A DNA stretch of 62,853 bases from an uncultured Gammaproteobacteria bacterium (GTDB taxonomy: Bacteria; Patescibacteriota; Microgenomatia; UBA10105; UBA927), in contig CAZERT010000001.1 in NCBI GenBank assembly GCA_964515515.1, positions 1 through 62,853 of the forward strand, in the 5' to 3' direction. The translations under genes were made by a program, and so were the position numbers. The notes under the pieces were generated by a model that was not told the DNA's origin, searched no databases, and saw only the letters and a list, made by a program, of their open reading frames with translations. Shown here in pieces: positions 27,189-36,052 of this stretch. Every line of letters begins with the position of its first letter. Positions within the stretch are counted from its first letter, which is position 1.

Positions 27189-27626
27189 ATGAAGACACGA
27201 CAGATAACCCGATGGTCATTTTTTGGAGTTATTTTGGTGATGTGTATTGGAATTAGCGGTTTTTTCCTTCAGCAGTATGTACAGGCTCCACAGGTTTCAA
27301 AACAGTTATCAACACAGGAAACCCAACAAAAACCGATCGTATCGGTAACGCTGGATAAAAACGGTGACATAGCCACATATTCGGGAGTTATGGCGCAAAC
27401 TCCCTATGAGGCGCTTGTTGAGGTGAGCAAAAAAGAAGGAATTCCTCTTGTGACAAAGCAATATGATTTTGGAATTTTTGTACAAAAGATTGGTGATTTG
27501 GAGACAGGGCCGGATATGGCATGGATCGTATCCGTAAATGGCAAGAGTTTGACTGTTGCAGCCGATAAAGAAACGGTAAAAACCGGTGATATGGTCCAAT
27601 GGGCGTATACAAAGGCGATCTATTAA
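27189..27626 (+). CDS. DUF4430-domain protein (transcobalamin-like B12-binding fold), membrane-anchored
   Basis: YDFGIFVQKIGDL...WIVSVNGKSLTVAADKETVKTGDMVQWAY is the typical DUF4430 pattern. It sits directly behind the Cbl riboswitch. Confidence 0.8.
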   Translation: MKTRQITRWSFFGVILVMCIGISGFFLQQYVQAPQVSKQLSTQETQQKPIVSVTLDKNGDIATYSGVMAQTPYEALVEVSKKEGIPLVTKQYDFGIFVQKIGDLETGPDMAWIVSVNGKSLTVAADKETVKTGDMVQWAYTKAIY

Positions 27627-27644
27627 TGTAAAGGAACACACTGT

Positions 27645-28169
27645 ATGGAGATGATTCTTTTATTGGTAGCAGGTATTCTTTCTCGGATTCTTCCGCATGT
27701 TCCCAATGCGACAGCGATTGGAGCCGCTGCTATTATGTCCGGAATTCGTTTGTCGGTAAAAGATGGATTGATCGTAACGTTTGCCGCAATGCTTATCACG
27801 GATGGGGTTTTTGGATTTCATGACGTCATGTGGGCAGTGTATGGATCGTTTGCAATTTCGGTGATTTTGGGAAGAACAGTGGGGAGAAAAGGTATTCTTG
27901 GTCTTGGCGCGGCAGGACTATCTTCTTCCGTACTATTTTATGTCGTGACCAATACGGCAGTCTGGATGTCTCCCGTAACGGCGTATACAAAAGATATGTC
28001 CGGGTATATTGCCTGTATGGCGGCCGGTCTTCCTTTTTTCCGTTCCATGCTCATTGGGGATCTTTTGTATCTGGCGGGGTTATCTTTACTTTTCCGCTTT
28101 TTACCGAAGATATCGCTTCGGAAAGTGTTTGGATCAATTGTCCAAATATCTGCTAGAATGGGAATATGA
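27645..28169 (+). CDS. Multi-pass membrane protein, S-component-like putative corrinoid transporter (DUF6580-like)
   Basis: The N-terminal motif is SRILPHVPNATAIGA and the protein has 5-6 TM helices. The functional call rests on the operon context. Confidence 0.55.
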   Translation: MEMILLLVAGILSRILPHVPNATAIGAAAIMSGIRLSVKDGLIVTFAAMLITDGVFGFHDVMWAVYGSFAISVILGRTVGRKGILGLGAAGLSSSVLFYVVTNTAVWMSPVTAYTKDMSGYIACMAAGLPFFRSMLIGDLLYLAGLSLLFRFLPKISLRKVFGSIVQISARMGI

Positions 28170-28597
28170 CACTGCCCGATCCGAAACAAAGCAGTTTGAC
28201 TACTGCAGTGCAATCACCCCAACCGATAGGATCAATTTCCAAGGAGGTTGGTCCAATTTCGCCGTCAGCACCGAAGGAATCATCACTTCCGATTGCCGAT
28301 ATCGGTATTGAACTGGATCTTCCAAAGGAAGTTGTGAGTGCAGGTGTCGTGCAAAATCCGCAATCGGTTCAGATTCCAAAACCATTGATTCAGCAGGGAG
28401 TTGTTCCCTCGGGATCATCCGTTTCCGTTGGAAACGGCATAAGCGTAACGCTGCCATTGGCGGATGAAAAAATTAAGGACGGGCTTTCCAAGGGTGTGGG
28501 AAATTCTTTCCGTTGGTTTGCGGAGTGGTGTGTCCGTCAAATGAAATTGATCCGATTACCGATGAAAAAATCGGGAAACGTGCCAATGAAGTCATAA
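28166..28597 (+). CDS. Hypothetical Pro/Ser/Val-rich protein
   Basis: It has an ATGA overlap with the upstream gene and an amphipathic C-terminal segment, FRWFAEWCVRQMKLI. Confidence 0.5.
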   Translation: MTLPDPKQSSLTTAVQSPQPIGSISKEVGPISPSAPKESSLPIADIGIELDLPKEVVSAGVVQNPQSVQIPKPLIQQGVVPSGSSVSVGNGISVTLPLADEKIKDGLSKGVGNSFRWFAEWCVRQMKLIRLPMKKSGNVPMKS

Positions 28598-28606
28598 TGT
28601 ATACGT

Positions 28607-30955
28607 ATGCCTGAACAATCGCTTGATTTACTGTATTCACTCCAAACATTTACGATAAGTTTTTTTGTCGTTGGGCTTGCTATAGCCGGAATTTTAGGAA
28701 TTTTGTACGTTCTTTTCGTGTTGTGGAAGTACAGGGATAGGGAGCGGCGGTCACTTGAATATGTCCTTCTGCAGATTGCAGTGCCACGGGATAATGAGAT
28801 TAAAATTGATGCCGCGGAACAGATGTTTGCTGCGTTATATGGAATGTATAACACGAGTTTTTGGGCATTTTTGAAACCGCAGGAGCATATTTCTTTTGAA
28901 ATAGTGGGAAAACGGGAAGATATCCGCTTCTATTGTGCAGTTCCGGGAAAATTGGTTGATTTGGTGGAAAAACAAATTCATGGCGCATATCCGGGAGCGG
29001 ATATTAAACGGGTAGAGGAATATACGATATTTAATGAAACCGGAAAAATTGCATGTGCTGCCCTTCGGCTCCGGTATGCAGACTATGCCCCGATTCGGAC
29101 ATTCCGTGATTTACCAACTGATGGGTTGTCTTCTATAACATCGGTATTGGCAAAGATGCAGGAAGGGGAGGCTGCGGCAGTGCAAATTCTTATCCAACCT
29201 GCAGGATCACGGTGGAAAAGAACGGGGTGGTCTTATATTTCAAAAACAAAAAAGAATGAGGCAAATCCTGAAAAGGCAAATTTCCAGACGGACCCGAAAA
29301 CGCTGGAGGCAATTGAAAAGAAAATTTCAAAACCGGGATTTCATACGGTGGTGCGAATAGTTGTGTCATCAACAACAAAAGAAAGTGCCAAGATGCATCT
29401 TGAAAATATGCTTGCATCATTTGAGCAGTTTGCATCGGAAGAAAATACTTTTTGGAAAGTATGGCCGCTTCTGAAGGGGATTTTTATGACGGATTTTATC
29501 TACCGGTATTTTCCTGTTTTTAATCTTCCCTTTCTCCGGCAACGGTCTGTTCTTAACACCGATGAGCTTGCAACAATTTTCCACATGCCCAATAAAACAG
29601 TAGAAACTCCGCATATTTTTTGGGTGAATGCCAAACGCGCTCCGGCTCCGATGCAGATTCCGGAAAAAGGATTATTTTTAGGGATGTCCCGTTATCGGGG
29701 TGTTGAGCGGCCGATTTATATTGGCGAGGATGATCGTAGGCGCCATATGTACGTGATTGGAAAAACCGGTACGGGAAAATCGCAGTTACTCGAGGAATTA
29801 GTCTTACAGGATATCCGAAGCGGAAAGGGCGTTGCCGTGATCGATCCGCACGGCGATCTGATCAATGGGATTATCAGTCGTATGCCGGTTGATCGGTCCG
29901 AGGATGTGATTTATTTTGATCCATCCGATACGGAGCGTCCAATGGGACTGAACATGTTGGAAGCATATACGGAGGAACAAAAGCATTACGTGGTAACATC
30001 CATCGTCGGGCTTATGTATAAATTGTACGATCCAATGAAAACCGGAATTATCGGCCCACGGTTTGAGCATGCCATCAGAAACGCAATGCTTACGGTTATG
30101 AGTGAGCCCGGGAATACCTTCGTTGAAGTGGTTCGCGTGCTTACGGATAGCGCGTTTGTTCAGATGCTGCTTCCAAAGGTTTCTGATCCTATTATTCGTC
30201 GCTACTGGACGGATCAGATTGCCCAGACATCGGATTTCCATAAATCGGAAGTCTTGGATTATATCGTATCGAAATTCGGGCGGTTCGTGACGAATAAGCT
30301 CATGCGCAACATCATCGGGCAATCCCAATCATCGTTTGATTTCAGGAAATGTATGGATGAAGGAAAAATCCTTTTGGTGAATCTGGCAAAAGGAAAACTC
30401 GGAGAGGAAAACAGCAACTTTTTAGGTCTTATATTGGTGCCCCGAATCCTTATTGCGGCAATGAGCAGGCAGGAAATTCCGGAAAACGAACGCCGTGATT
30501 TTTACCTGTATGTTGATGAATTCCAGAATTTTGCGACACCCGATTTTGCCCAGATTCTTTCTGAAGCACGGAAGTACCGTCTGAATCTTGTTGTGGCAAA
30601 CCAATTTATCGGACAAATGGAAGAGGAAGTGAAAAATGCCGTATTTGGTAACGTAGGCTCGCTTGTTTCCTTCCGGGTTGGGGTAACTGATGCAAATTAT
30701 CTTCAGCATGAATACACGCCGGTGTTTAATGAAACGGATCTGATCAATATCGATAAATTCAATGCGTACGTAAAAACGATTGTCCACAATGAACCGGTGA
30801 AACCATTTTCCTTGGATTTAACAAAAGATATGAGCAAAGTTGAAAATGCTATGAACCCCTCCGTTGCCAAGGCAATTATCCAGCTTTCCCGGTTAAAATA
30901 CGGACGATCCAAAGAGCTTGTGGAGGCGGAAATTTCCGAACGGGCGAAGTTGTAA
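28607..30955 (+). CDS. Membrane-anchored TraD/VirD4/TrwB-like P-loop ATPase (T4SS coupling-protein-like)
   Basis: It has an N-terminal TM region. Walker A is GKTGTGKS and Walker B is LYVDEFQNF, followed by EARKYRLNLVVANQ. Confidence 0.75.
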   Translation: MPEQSLDLLYSLQTFTISFFVVGLAIAGILGILYVLFVLWKYRDRERRSLEYVLLQIAVPRDNEIKIDAAEQMFAALYGMYNTSFWAFLKPQEHISFEIVGKREDIRFYCAVPGKLVDLVEKQIHGAYPGADIKRVEEYTIFNETGKIACAALRLRYADYAPIRTFRDLPTDGLSSITSVLAKMQEGEAAAVQILIQPAGSRWKRTGWSYISKTKKNEANPEKANFQTDPKTLEAIEKKISKPGFHTVVRIVVSSTTKESAKMHLENMLASFEQFASEENTFWKVWPLLKGIFMTDFIYRYFPVFNLPFLRQRSVLNTDELATIFHMPNKTVETPHIFWVNAKRAPAPMQIPEKGLFLGMSRYRGVERPIYIGEDDRRRHMYVIGKTGTGKSQLLEELVLQDIRSGKGVAVIDPHGDLINGIISRMPVDRSEDVIYFDPSDTERPMGLNMLEAYTEEQKHYVVTSIVGLMYKLYDPMKTGIIGPRFEHAIRNAMLTVMSEPGNTFVEVVRVLTDSAFVQMLLPKVSDPIIRRYWTDQIAQTSDFHKSEVLDYIVSKFGRFVTNKLMRNIIGQSQSSFDFRKCMDEGKILLVNLAKGKLGEENSNFLGLILVPRILIAAMSRQEIPENERRDFYLYVDEFQNFATPDFAQILSEARKYRLNLVVANQFIGQMEEEVKNAVFGNVGSLVSFRVGVTDANYLQHEYTPVFNETDLINIDKFNAYVKTIVHNEPVKPFSLDLTKDMSKVENAMNPSVAKAIIQLSRLKYGRSKELVEAEISERAKL

Positions 30956-31082
30956 CTTTTTTACATTGACCCCTTTACATCACGGGAAAAAACGGTACAC
31001 TTTTCTTTATCGGTACGGTTTCGATCATAGGGTATTTGTGACTTTGTAAGCCACTGCAATACCCGGCAGATACGAACAATGC

Positions 31083-32480
31083 ATGGAATCATCGGAAGAC
31101 CCCTTAGGTCCTGTTAAACGTCACGAAAAAGTTGTCTATATCTTCAACATGTCTGAGGATGTGTGGCCCTTTATCCAAGCGATGAGCGGCACGTCGGAGC
31201 GGCAGGGTGAAATAGAGGAAAATGCCAATCTTGGAGATCGCGAACTTTTTTCCATCGCAAGTGAGGATTCGGCGATTTTCATTTGTCCAAAACAGATTCA
31301 GCCGGTTTTTCTGGAGTATTATAAAAAACTGTTCGGTGTCCGCGACATTACCATTCTTACCCCTGCATTTCATAGCGGGTTGATCTGTGAAGATGTGATT
31401 GCCGATTCATCCATTATGGATGCCCTAGTGGTTGCCGCAAATTCCGTACGAAAGTTAACCCTTATCAGCTATTCCGCAACGGTGCAGTTTTTTTCCCTTG
31501 TTGATGCTCTGAAACGTCGGGGGATTACCGTCTATACGCCGGAATCGCCGGAGGAAGACAGCGCATGGGCAGTGAATTTTTTCGGCAGTAAGTCGGGGAT
31601 TCGGCAACTTGCACAAAAAAGTGCCGCACGGGAACCGGATTTTATTATGGCGGATGGCGTCATTACGACCGGCATTTTTGATGCCGCAAAAATTGCTGCA
31701 AATAAATACATTAAGGAAGACGGTGTTGTTATAAAAACCAACAAGGGTCATTCGGGCGCCGGTGTGTTGATATTTCGCAAGGGGGATTTGCCCAGTGATT
31801 ACCGTGAGTGTGAACGGGCAATTGACAATATCCTTCACCGGGAAGGGTATTGGGAAAAATTTCCCATCGTCATTGAAAGTTTTCTCCATATAAACCCCAC
31901 TGTTGCCGGGGGATTTCCCAATGTTGAATTTAAGATTTCCAAAAGCGGGAAGATAGAATTTTTGTATTACTGCGGGTTGCGGGTTATGCCAAACGGCGTT
32001 TTTAAAGGCGTGGAAATCAATGATGAGATTATTACCGATAGGGTTGCGGCACGGATCATGGATACGGGGTTTTATATCGGTGAGCAATATGTTGCCGCCG
32101 GATACAGAGGGTATTTTGATGTGGATTACGTGGCAACGAAAAATGGTGAGATATTCGTGACGGAAAGCAATGCAAGACGTACTGGCGGTACGCACGTCTA
32201 TATGACAGCGCTTGAACTCATAGGAAAGGATTTTATGTCCGATTCATTCGTGCTTTCGGATAATTCCTATGTGCTTCCCAATGACGTACGGCCATCCATA
32301 GAGCGGGTATTGGAAGTTCTCCAGCCTGTTCTTTTTGATAAAAAAACAAAGGAAGGGGTCGTGATTGCATCGGCAAATTTACTTAACCAGGGGAGACTTG
32401 CATATATTATTTTCGGAAAAAACGAACGCCATGCGCTTGAGATCGAACAGAAAATGGAACATCTGCTTATACAGATATAA
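31083..32480 (+). CDS. ATP-grasp-fold enzyme (PGM1-like peptide-ligase family?), substrate unknown
   Basis: VVIKTNKGHSGAGVLIF ... GYFDVDYVATKNGEIFVTESNARRTGGTH is a typical ATP-grasp C-terminal core. Confidence 0.65.
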   Translation: MESSEDPLGPVKRHEKVVYIFNMSEDVWPFIQAMSGTSERQGEIEENANLGDRELFSIASEDSAIFICPKQIQPVFLEYYKKLFGVRDITILTPAFHSGLICEDVIADSSIMDALVVAANSVRKLTLISYSATVQFFSLVDALKRRGITVYTPESPEEDSAWAVNFFGSKSGIRQLAQKSAAREPDFIMADGVITTGIFDAAKIAANKYIKEDGVVIKTNKGHSGAGVLIFRKGDLPSDYRECERAIDNILHREGYWEKFPIVIESFLHINPTVAGGFPNVEFKISKSGKIEFLYYCGLRVMPNGVFKGVEINDEIITDRVAARIMDTGFYIGEQYVAAGYRGYFDVDYVATKNGEIFVTESNARRTGGTHVYMTALELIGKDFMSDSFVLSDNSYVLPNDVRPSIERVLEVLQPVLFDKKTKEGVVIASANLLNQGRLAYIIFGKNERHALEIEQKMEHLLIQI

Positions 32481-32544
32481 ATACTCTTTTGGATTTTGTC
32501 CCTACCCACAGTTTTGATACAATTGATTCGTTTTTATGTATATT

Positions 32545-32616
32545 GGGCCTGTAGCTCAGCGGTAGAGCGCTACTCTTATAAAGTAGATGCCCTTGGTCCG
32601 ATTCCAAGCAGGCCCA
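32545..32616 (+). tRNA. tRNA-Ile (anticodon UAU)
   Basis: Hand-folded cloverleaf: 7-bp acceptor stem, GCUC/GAGC D stem, CUACU/AGUAG anticodon stem, loop CUUAUAA, CUUGG/CCAAG T stem, discriminator A, no encoded CCA. Confidence 0.85.
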
Positions 32617-32626
32617 CTGGATACTT

Positions 32627-33133
32627 ATGGAAACAGTTGTACTTGTTAATGATCAGGATCAGGAGATCGGCATTGCTCCTAAAGATGCGGTGCATTCTGA
32701 AACGACACCTCTGCACAGGGGGTTTTCCGTGTTCGTATTTAATAAACAAAACGAACTGCTTGTTACCCAGCGGTCAAACAAAAAAAAGACGTTCCCCGGC
32801 GTGTGGACAAATTCCGTCTGTGGCCATCCATCGCCCGGAGAATCGTATGAAGAAGCCGCAAAACGGCGATTATTCGATGAACTTGGGTATGAGGGAATTG
32901 GAATACGCCGGGCAGCAGAATACCGCTATCGTTTTGCGGATAAATCCGGCATAGTGGAGAATGAAATTTGTCCCGTGTTTGTGGCATATTCCAATTCCGA
33001 TCCGACTCCCAATCCGGATGAAATTGATGGATGGGAATGGATGCCATGGAAAACCTTTTTAGCGGAAATTGAAAAGAATCCTGATGTGTATAGCCCTTGG
33101 TCGCGGGAAGAAGCAAAACTCATTACACCATAA
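32627..33133 (+). CDS. idi: Isopentenyl-diphosphate delta-isomerase, type 1 (Nudix)
   Basis: HRGFSVFVFN...LLVTQRS..KKTFPGVWTNSVCGHP...E. Confidence 0.88.
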   Translation: METVVLVNDQDQEIGIAPKDAVHSETTPLHRGFSVFVFNKQNELLVTQRSNKKKTFPGVWTNSVCGHPSPGESYEEAAKRRLFDELGYEGIGIRRAAEYRYRFADKSGIVENEICPVFVAYSNSDPTPNPDEIDGWEWMPWKTFLAEIEKNPDVYSPWSREEAKLITP

Positions 33134-34195
33134 TTACTCCTTTACTTCCGGGGATAAATCAGGGATCGCATCAAGTGAGTCAAACGCAACGGGTTTTGAG
33201 CGAAAAAATGCATAACTTCCAATGTATGCTGCATTATCCGTACAGAAGCGGATCGGCGGAATATGAAGCGTACATCCGGGGAGATCGCGGGTAACCATAG
33301 CGGCTGCGGATTCCCGGAGTCTGGTATTTGCAGATACGCCGCCTGAAAGAAGAATAGATGAAACGCCGTATGTTTGTGCAGCCAATTTTGTTTTGAGGAC
33401 TAATACGTCACATATTGCTTCTTGGATTTCATACGCAAATGCGCGGATACATTCATCGGTGTGAGTTTTTTCATTATTCCACTCCCGAAGCACCGCAGTT
33501 TTCAGGCCGGAAAATGAAAAATTGAGCGTTCCATCATGCAGAAGCGGCCGCGGTAATTTTTTTGGAAATTTGAATGAGGGGTTGTATTGACTGGCGGCTT
33601 CCTGGATTGCAACACCACCGCGTGAACCAAAACCTAGAAGCCGTGCGGTTTTATCAAACGCTTCGCCTGCGGCATCATCGATTGTTCCGCCAAGCCACGT
33701 CAGTGTTTTTTCATTTTTCATGAGGAATAGCTCCGTATGTCCTCCGGATACGACAAGGGAAAGCGCAGGGAAACGGATAGGCGTATGTAAAGAATCCGGG
33801 TCCGTTAAAAAATTGGCGTACATATGGGCAAGAACGTGGTTAACGGGCAGAATGGGTTTTTGTGTCATGACAGCAATCGTTTTTGCGGCTTCCACGCCCA
33901 TAAGCAGTGATCCGATAAGTCCGGGTCCAACAGTTACGGCTATTGCATCGATTTCATTGTGGATTGTTGTAAAGGGTGATTCTTCGCGGTGTCCAAATGC
34001 CTGCGTGAGTGTTTCAAAAAGCACCGGGATGATGGCTTTCTGCTGTTCCCGTGAAGCAACCTCAGGGAGTATTCCACCATATTTTTGATGCATTGTTTGT
34101 GATGATGCTATGACATTGGCATGTATTGTCGTACCATTTTTCACAACCGCAACGGAGGTTTCATCGCATGATGATTCGATTGCCAGAATATTCAT
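33134..34195 (-). CDS. tsaD: tRNA N6-adenosine threonylcarbamoyltransferase
   Basis: MNILAIESSCDETSVAVV ... VSGGHTEL ... GGVSAN. The start was trimmed to MNILAIE. Confidence 0.92.
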   Translation of the reverse strand: MNILAIESSCDETSVAVVKNGTTIHANVIASSQTMHQKYGGILPEVASREQQKAIIPVLFETLTQAFGHREESPFTTIHNEIDAIAVTVGPGLIGSLLMGVEAAKTIAVMTQKPILPVNHVLAHMYANFLTDPDSLHTPIRFPALSLVVSGGHTELFLMKNEKTLTWLGGTIDDAAGEAFDKTARLLGFGSRGGVAIQEAASQYNPSFKFPKKLPRPLLHDGTLNFSFSGLKTAVLREWNNEKTHTDECIRAFAYEIQEAICDVLVLKTKLAAQTYGVSSILLSGGVSANTRLRESAAAMVTRDLPGCTLHIPPIRFCTDNAAYIGSYAFFRSKPVAFDSLDAIPDLSPEVKE

Positions 34196-34208
34196 AGAAC
34201 CGATTGTA

Positions 34209-34640
34209 TCATCCAATTGGGAGATTCCGGACAATATCGGTGGTTGATGGTGTTTGTATTTTTGGAATAATGATAAGTTGTGCGCCAACTGTTTCCGCGT
34301 GCTTCTTCTTTTTTTCAAGTATTGGATCACCTTCCGTTGTTACGATCACGCGTGGATGAATATCTGCAATGACACGAAGATAATCTTCGTCCGTTTCCAT
34401 GGGGAAGAGCAGAACTACTTCATCTACCACCCGGAGCGCTTCCAACATTGTTTTCCGTTGCTGTTGTGAGTGCAGTGGCCTGTTTGCGCCTTTTAACCGC
34501 CGTACTGTTTGATCTGATTCCAACATAACGACAAGACGAACTGCATAGCGTTTTGCGTTTGAAAGAAATTGGATGTGTCCGTAATGGAGAATATCAAAAC
34601 ATCCTCCCACAAGGACAATACCCGGCATCGGTGATGTCAT
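34209..34640 (-). CDS. Cytidylyl/adenylyltransferase-family protein (RfaE domain II-like)
   Basis: The HxGH motif lies in VGGCFDILHYGHIQFL. Confidence 0.75.
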   Translation of the reverse strand: MTSPMPGIVLVGGCFDILHYGHIQFLSNAKRYAVRLVVMLESDQTVRRLKGANRPLHSQQQRKTMLEALRVVDEVVLLFPMETDEDYLRVIADIHPRVIVTTEGDPILEKKKKHAETVGAQLIIIPKIQTPSTTDIVRNLPIG

Positions 34641-36049
34641 TGTTTTGTTCCCTTTAAGAAAACTGCCTGCCATGGTCGGTAATTGGAAAAGAATTCCTGT
34701 TCATTGATGATTGCGTTATCCCTGGTAACCCTGTACTTAAATAATGCCTTTGCTCCCCATGAATCAAAATCAACTTGCCGAACTACTCCGACGGGCAGTG
34801 TTGGATCGTCTTGATACAGTGGGGGTGGCGGTGGAGCGATGCCCCATACTTGATGGTCATAAATTTCTGCCTTCCGTCCATCGCTTGTGCCATATAAATC
34901 AAACGTTGCGGTGAGATTTTCGGTGTCAACTGAGGTTTGGATAAGAATTGATGCAGGAGTATTGTTGATAAATTTTAAATCTTCTGTTGGGGAAAATACC
35001 GTTGCATCCAACCCGGGTTTAAATCCACCCTCTTCATAGTAATGAACTCTATATGAATGCTCGCGGCGTTCAACGATCGGCAGCCCCGCATGAAGGGCAG
35101 CGCGAAAGAGCGTTGTGGAAACTTGGCATATGCCACCCCCGTCACCAAGAACAGTCCGACCATCTTTAATAATGTATGCGGGTTGATATCCTGTGGCCGC
35201 AGATATATCCCCAATTGCCTGGTTGAAGGAAAATGTTTCCCCCGGAGGAATAATGATACCGTTAAGGCGCGATGATCCTAGGGCAACATTATGAATGCGT
35301 CCGGGGATAGATCCCGAAAACATGGAAAAACCCGACCCGATTTTCTCTTTTATTCCGAAAGAATTCACCTTGTCTGTCGTTATAGTTGGTTTGACGGTTT
35401 GTGTGGGAATAAGAATAGTTATTTCTTGTGATTGTTTTTGTAAAGCGGTGTGGATTGCCTGCTCAAAACGCCTATTGAGTTCTTGTGTGTCGAGGTCCCT
35501 TCCATCGCGCGATACCTTAAAGGCACTCACTTTTCCGTTTTCAAAGGTAAAAAGAGCATCTTGGACAGGTATGTTTATGACGGGCCGAAGTGATTCTACA
35601 ACGGCGTTAAACTCTTCGGTGTTCCAAGTGATGGTAAGAGGAATAGTAATGGTTTTGGTAAAAAACTTTTCCCGGATGTTGGAGAGCAGATATGGAGATC
35701 TTCCAATGAGGTAGGCTTGTGTTGCTGCGATGTTTGTATCGTATCCAGGGGAAAGTTCGGAGGCAGAAAGTGTGGCAATTGGTTCAGCATTGGGGTCAAG
35801 GGTAAAAACAAATTGTGTATGCACCAGTGGGGCATTATACGGCAAGAGTATATCTGTTACTTCTTGTATGGTTTTCCCTCCGACAGGCAACTCTTGAATA
35901 AATACATGAGGATAAATTCTATTGGCATAGTTTCGTTCGAAAGAAATGATGTATGCGCTTATGATAAGAAAAAAGGAAAAAAATAGTGCAAGAGGAATTC
36001 CAAGTGAAGAAAAAAATTGTATTTGTGGCCGTTTTTTTGACGCAGTCAT
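34637..36049 (-). CDS. VanW-family protein
   Basis: GGGICQVSTTLFRAALHAGLPIVERREHSYRV, with an N-terminal TM helix. Confidence 0.85.
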   Translation of the reverse strand: MTASKKRPQIQFFSSLGIPLALFFSFFLIISAYIISFERNYANRIYPHVFIQELPVGGKTIQEVTDILLPYNAPLVHTQFVFTLDPNAEPIATLSASELSPGYDTNIAATQAYLIGRSPYLLSNIREKFFTKTITIPLTITWNTEEFNAVVESLRPVINIPVQDALFTFENGKVSAFKVSRDGRDLDTQELNRRFEQAIHTALQKQSQEITILIPTQTVKPTITTDKVNSFGIKEKIGSGFSMFSGSIPGRIHNVALGSSRLNGIIIPPGETFSFNQAIGDISAATGYQPAYIIKDGRTVLGDGGGICQVSTTLFRAALHAGLPIVERREHSYRVHYYEEGGFKPGLDATVFSPTEDLKFINNTPASILIQTSVDTENLTATFDLYGTSDGRKAEIYDHQVWGIAPPPPPLYQDDPTLPVGVVRQVDFDSWGAKALFKYRVTRDNAIINEQEFFSNYRPWQAVFLKGTKQ

Positions 36050-36052
36050 GAT

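Noticed and set aside
31455-32195. A 246-aa ORF antisense to the ATP-grasp gene.
   Set aside because: It has no recognisable motifs. The sense frame carries the clear ATP-grasp signatures and fits the gene spacing.
32496-32954. A 152-aa plus-strand ORF spanning the tRNA and the 5' part of idi.
   Set aside because: It reads straight through a well-folded tRNA-Ile and is out of frame with the strongly supported idi gene, so it is spurious.
32481-33133. The tRNA gene as a possible integration hotspot or genomic-island boundary.
   Set aside because: I found no integrase, no direct repeat of the tRNA 3' end, and no phage or plasmid genes on either side. The flanking genes (ATP-grasp, idi, tsaD) look chromosomal.
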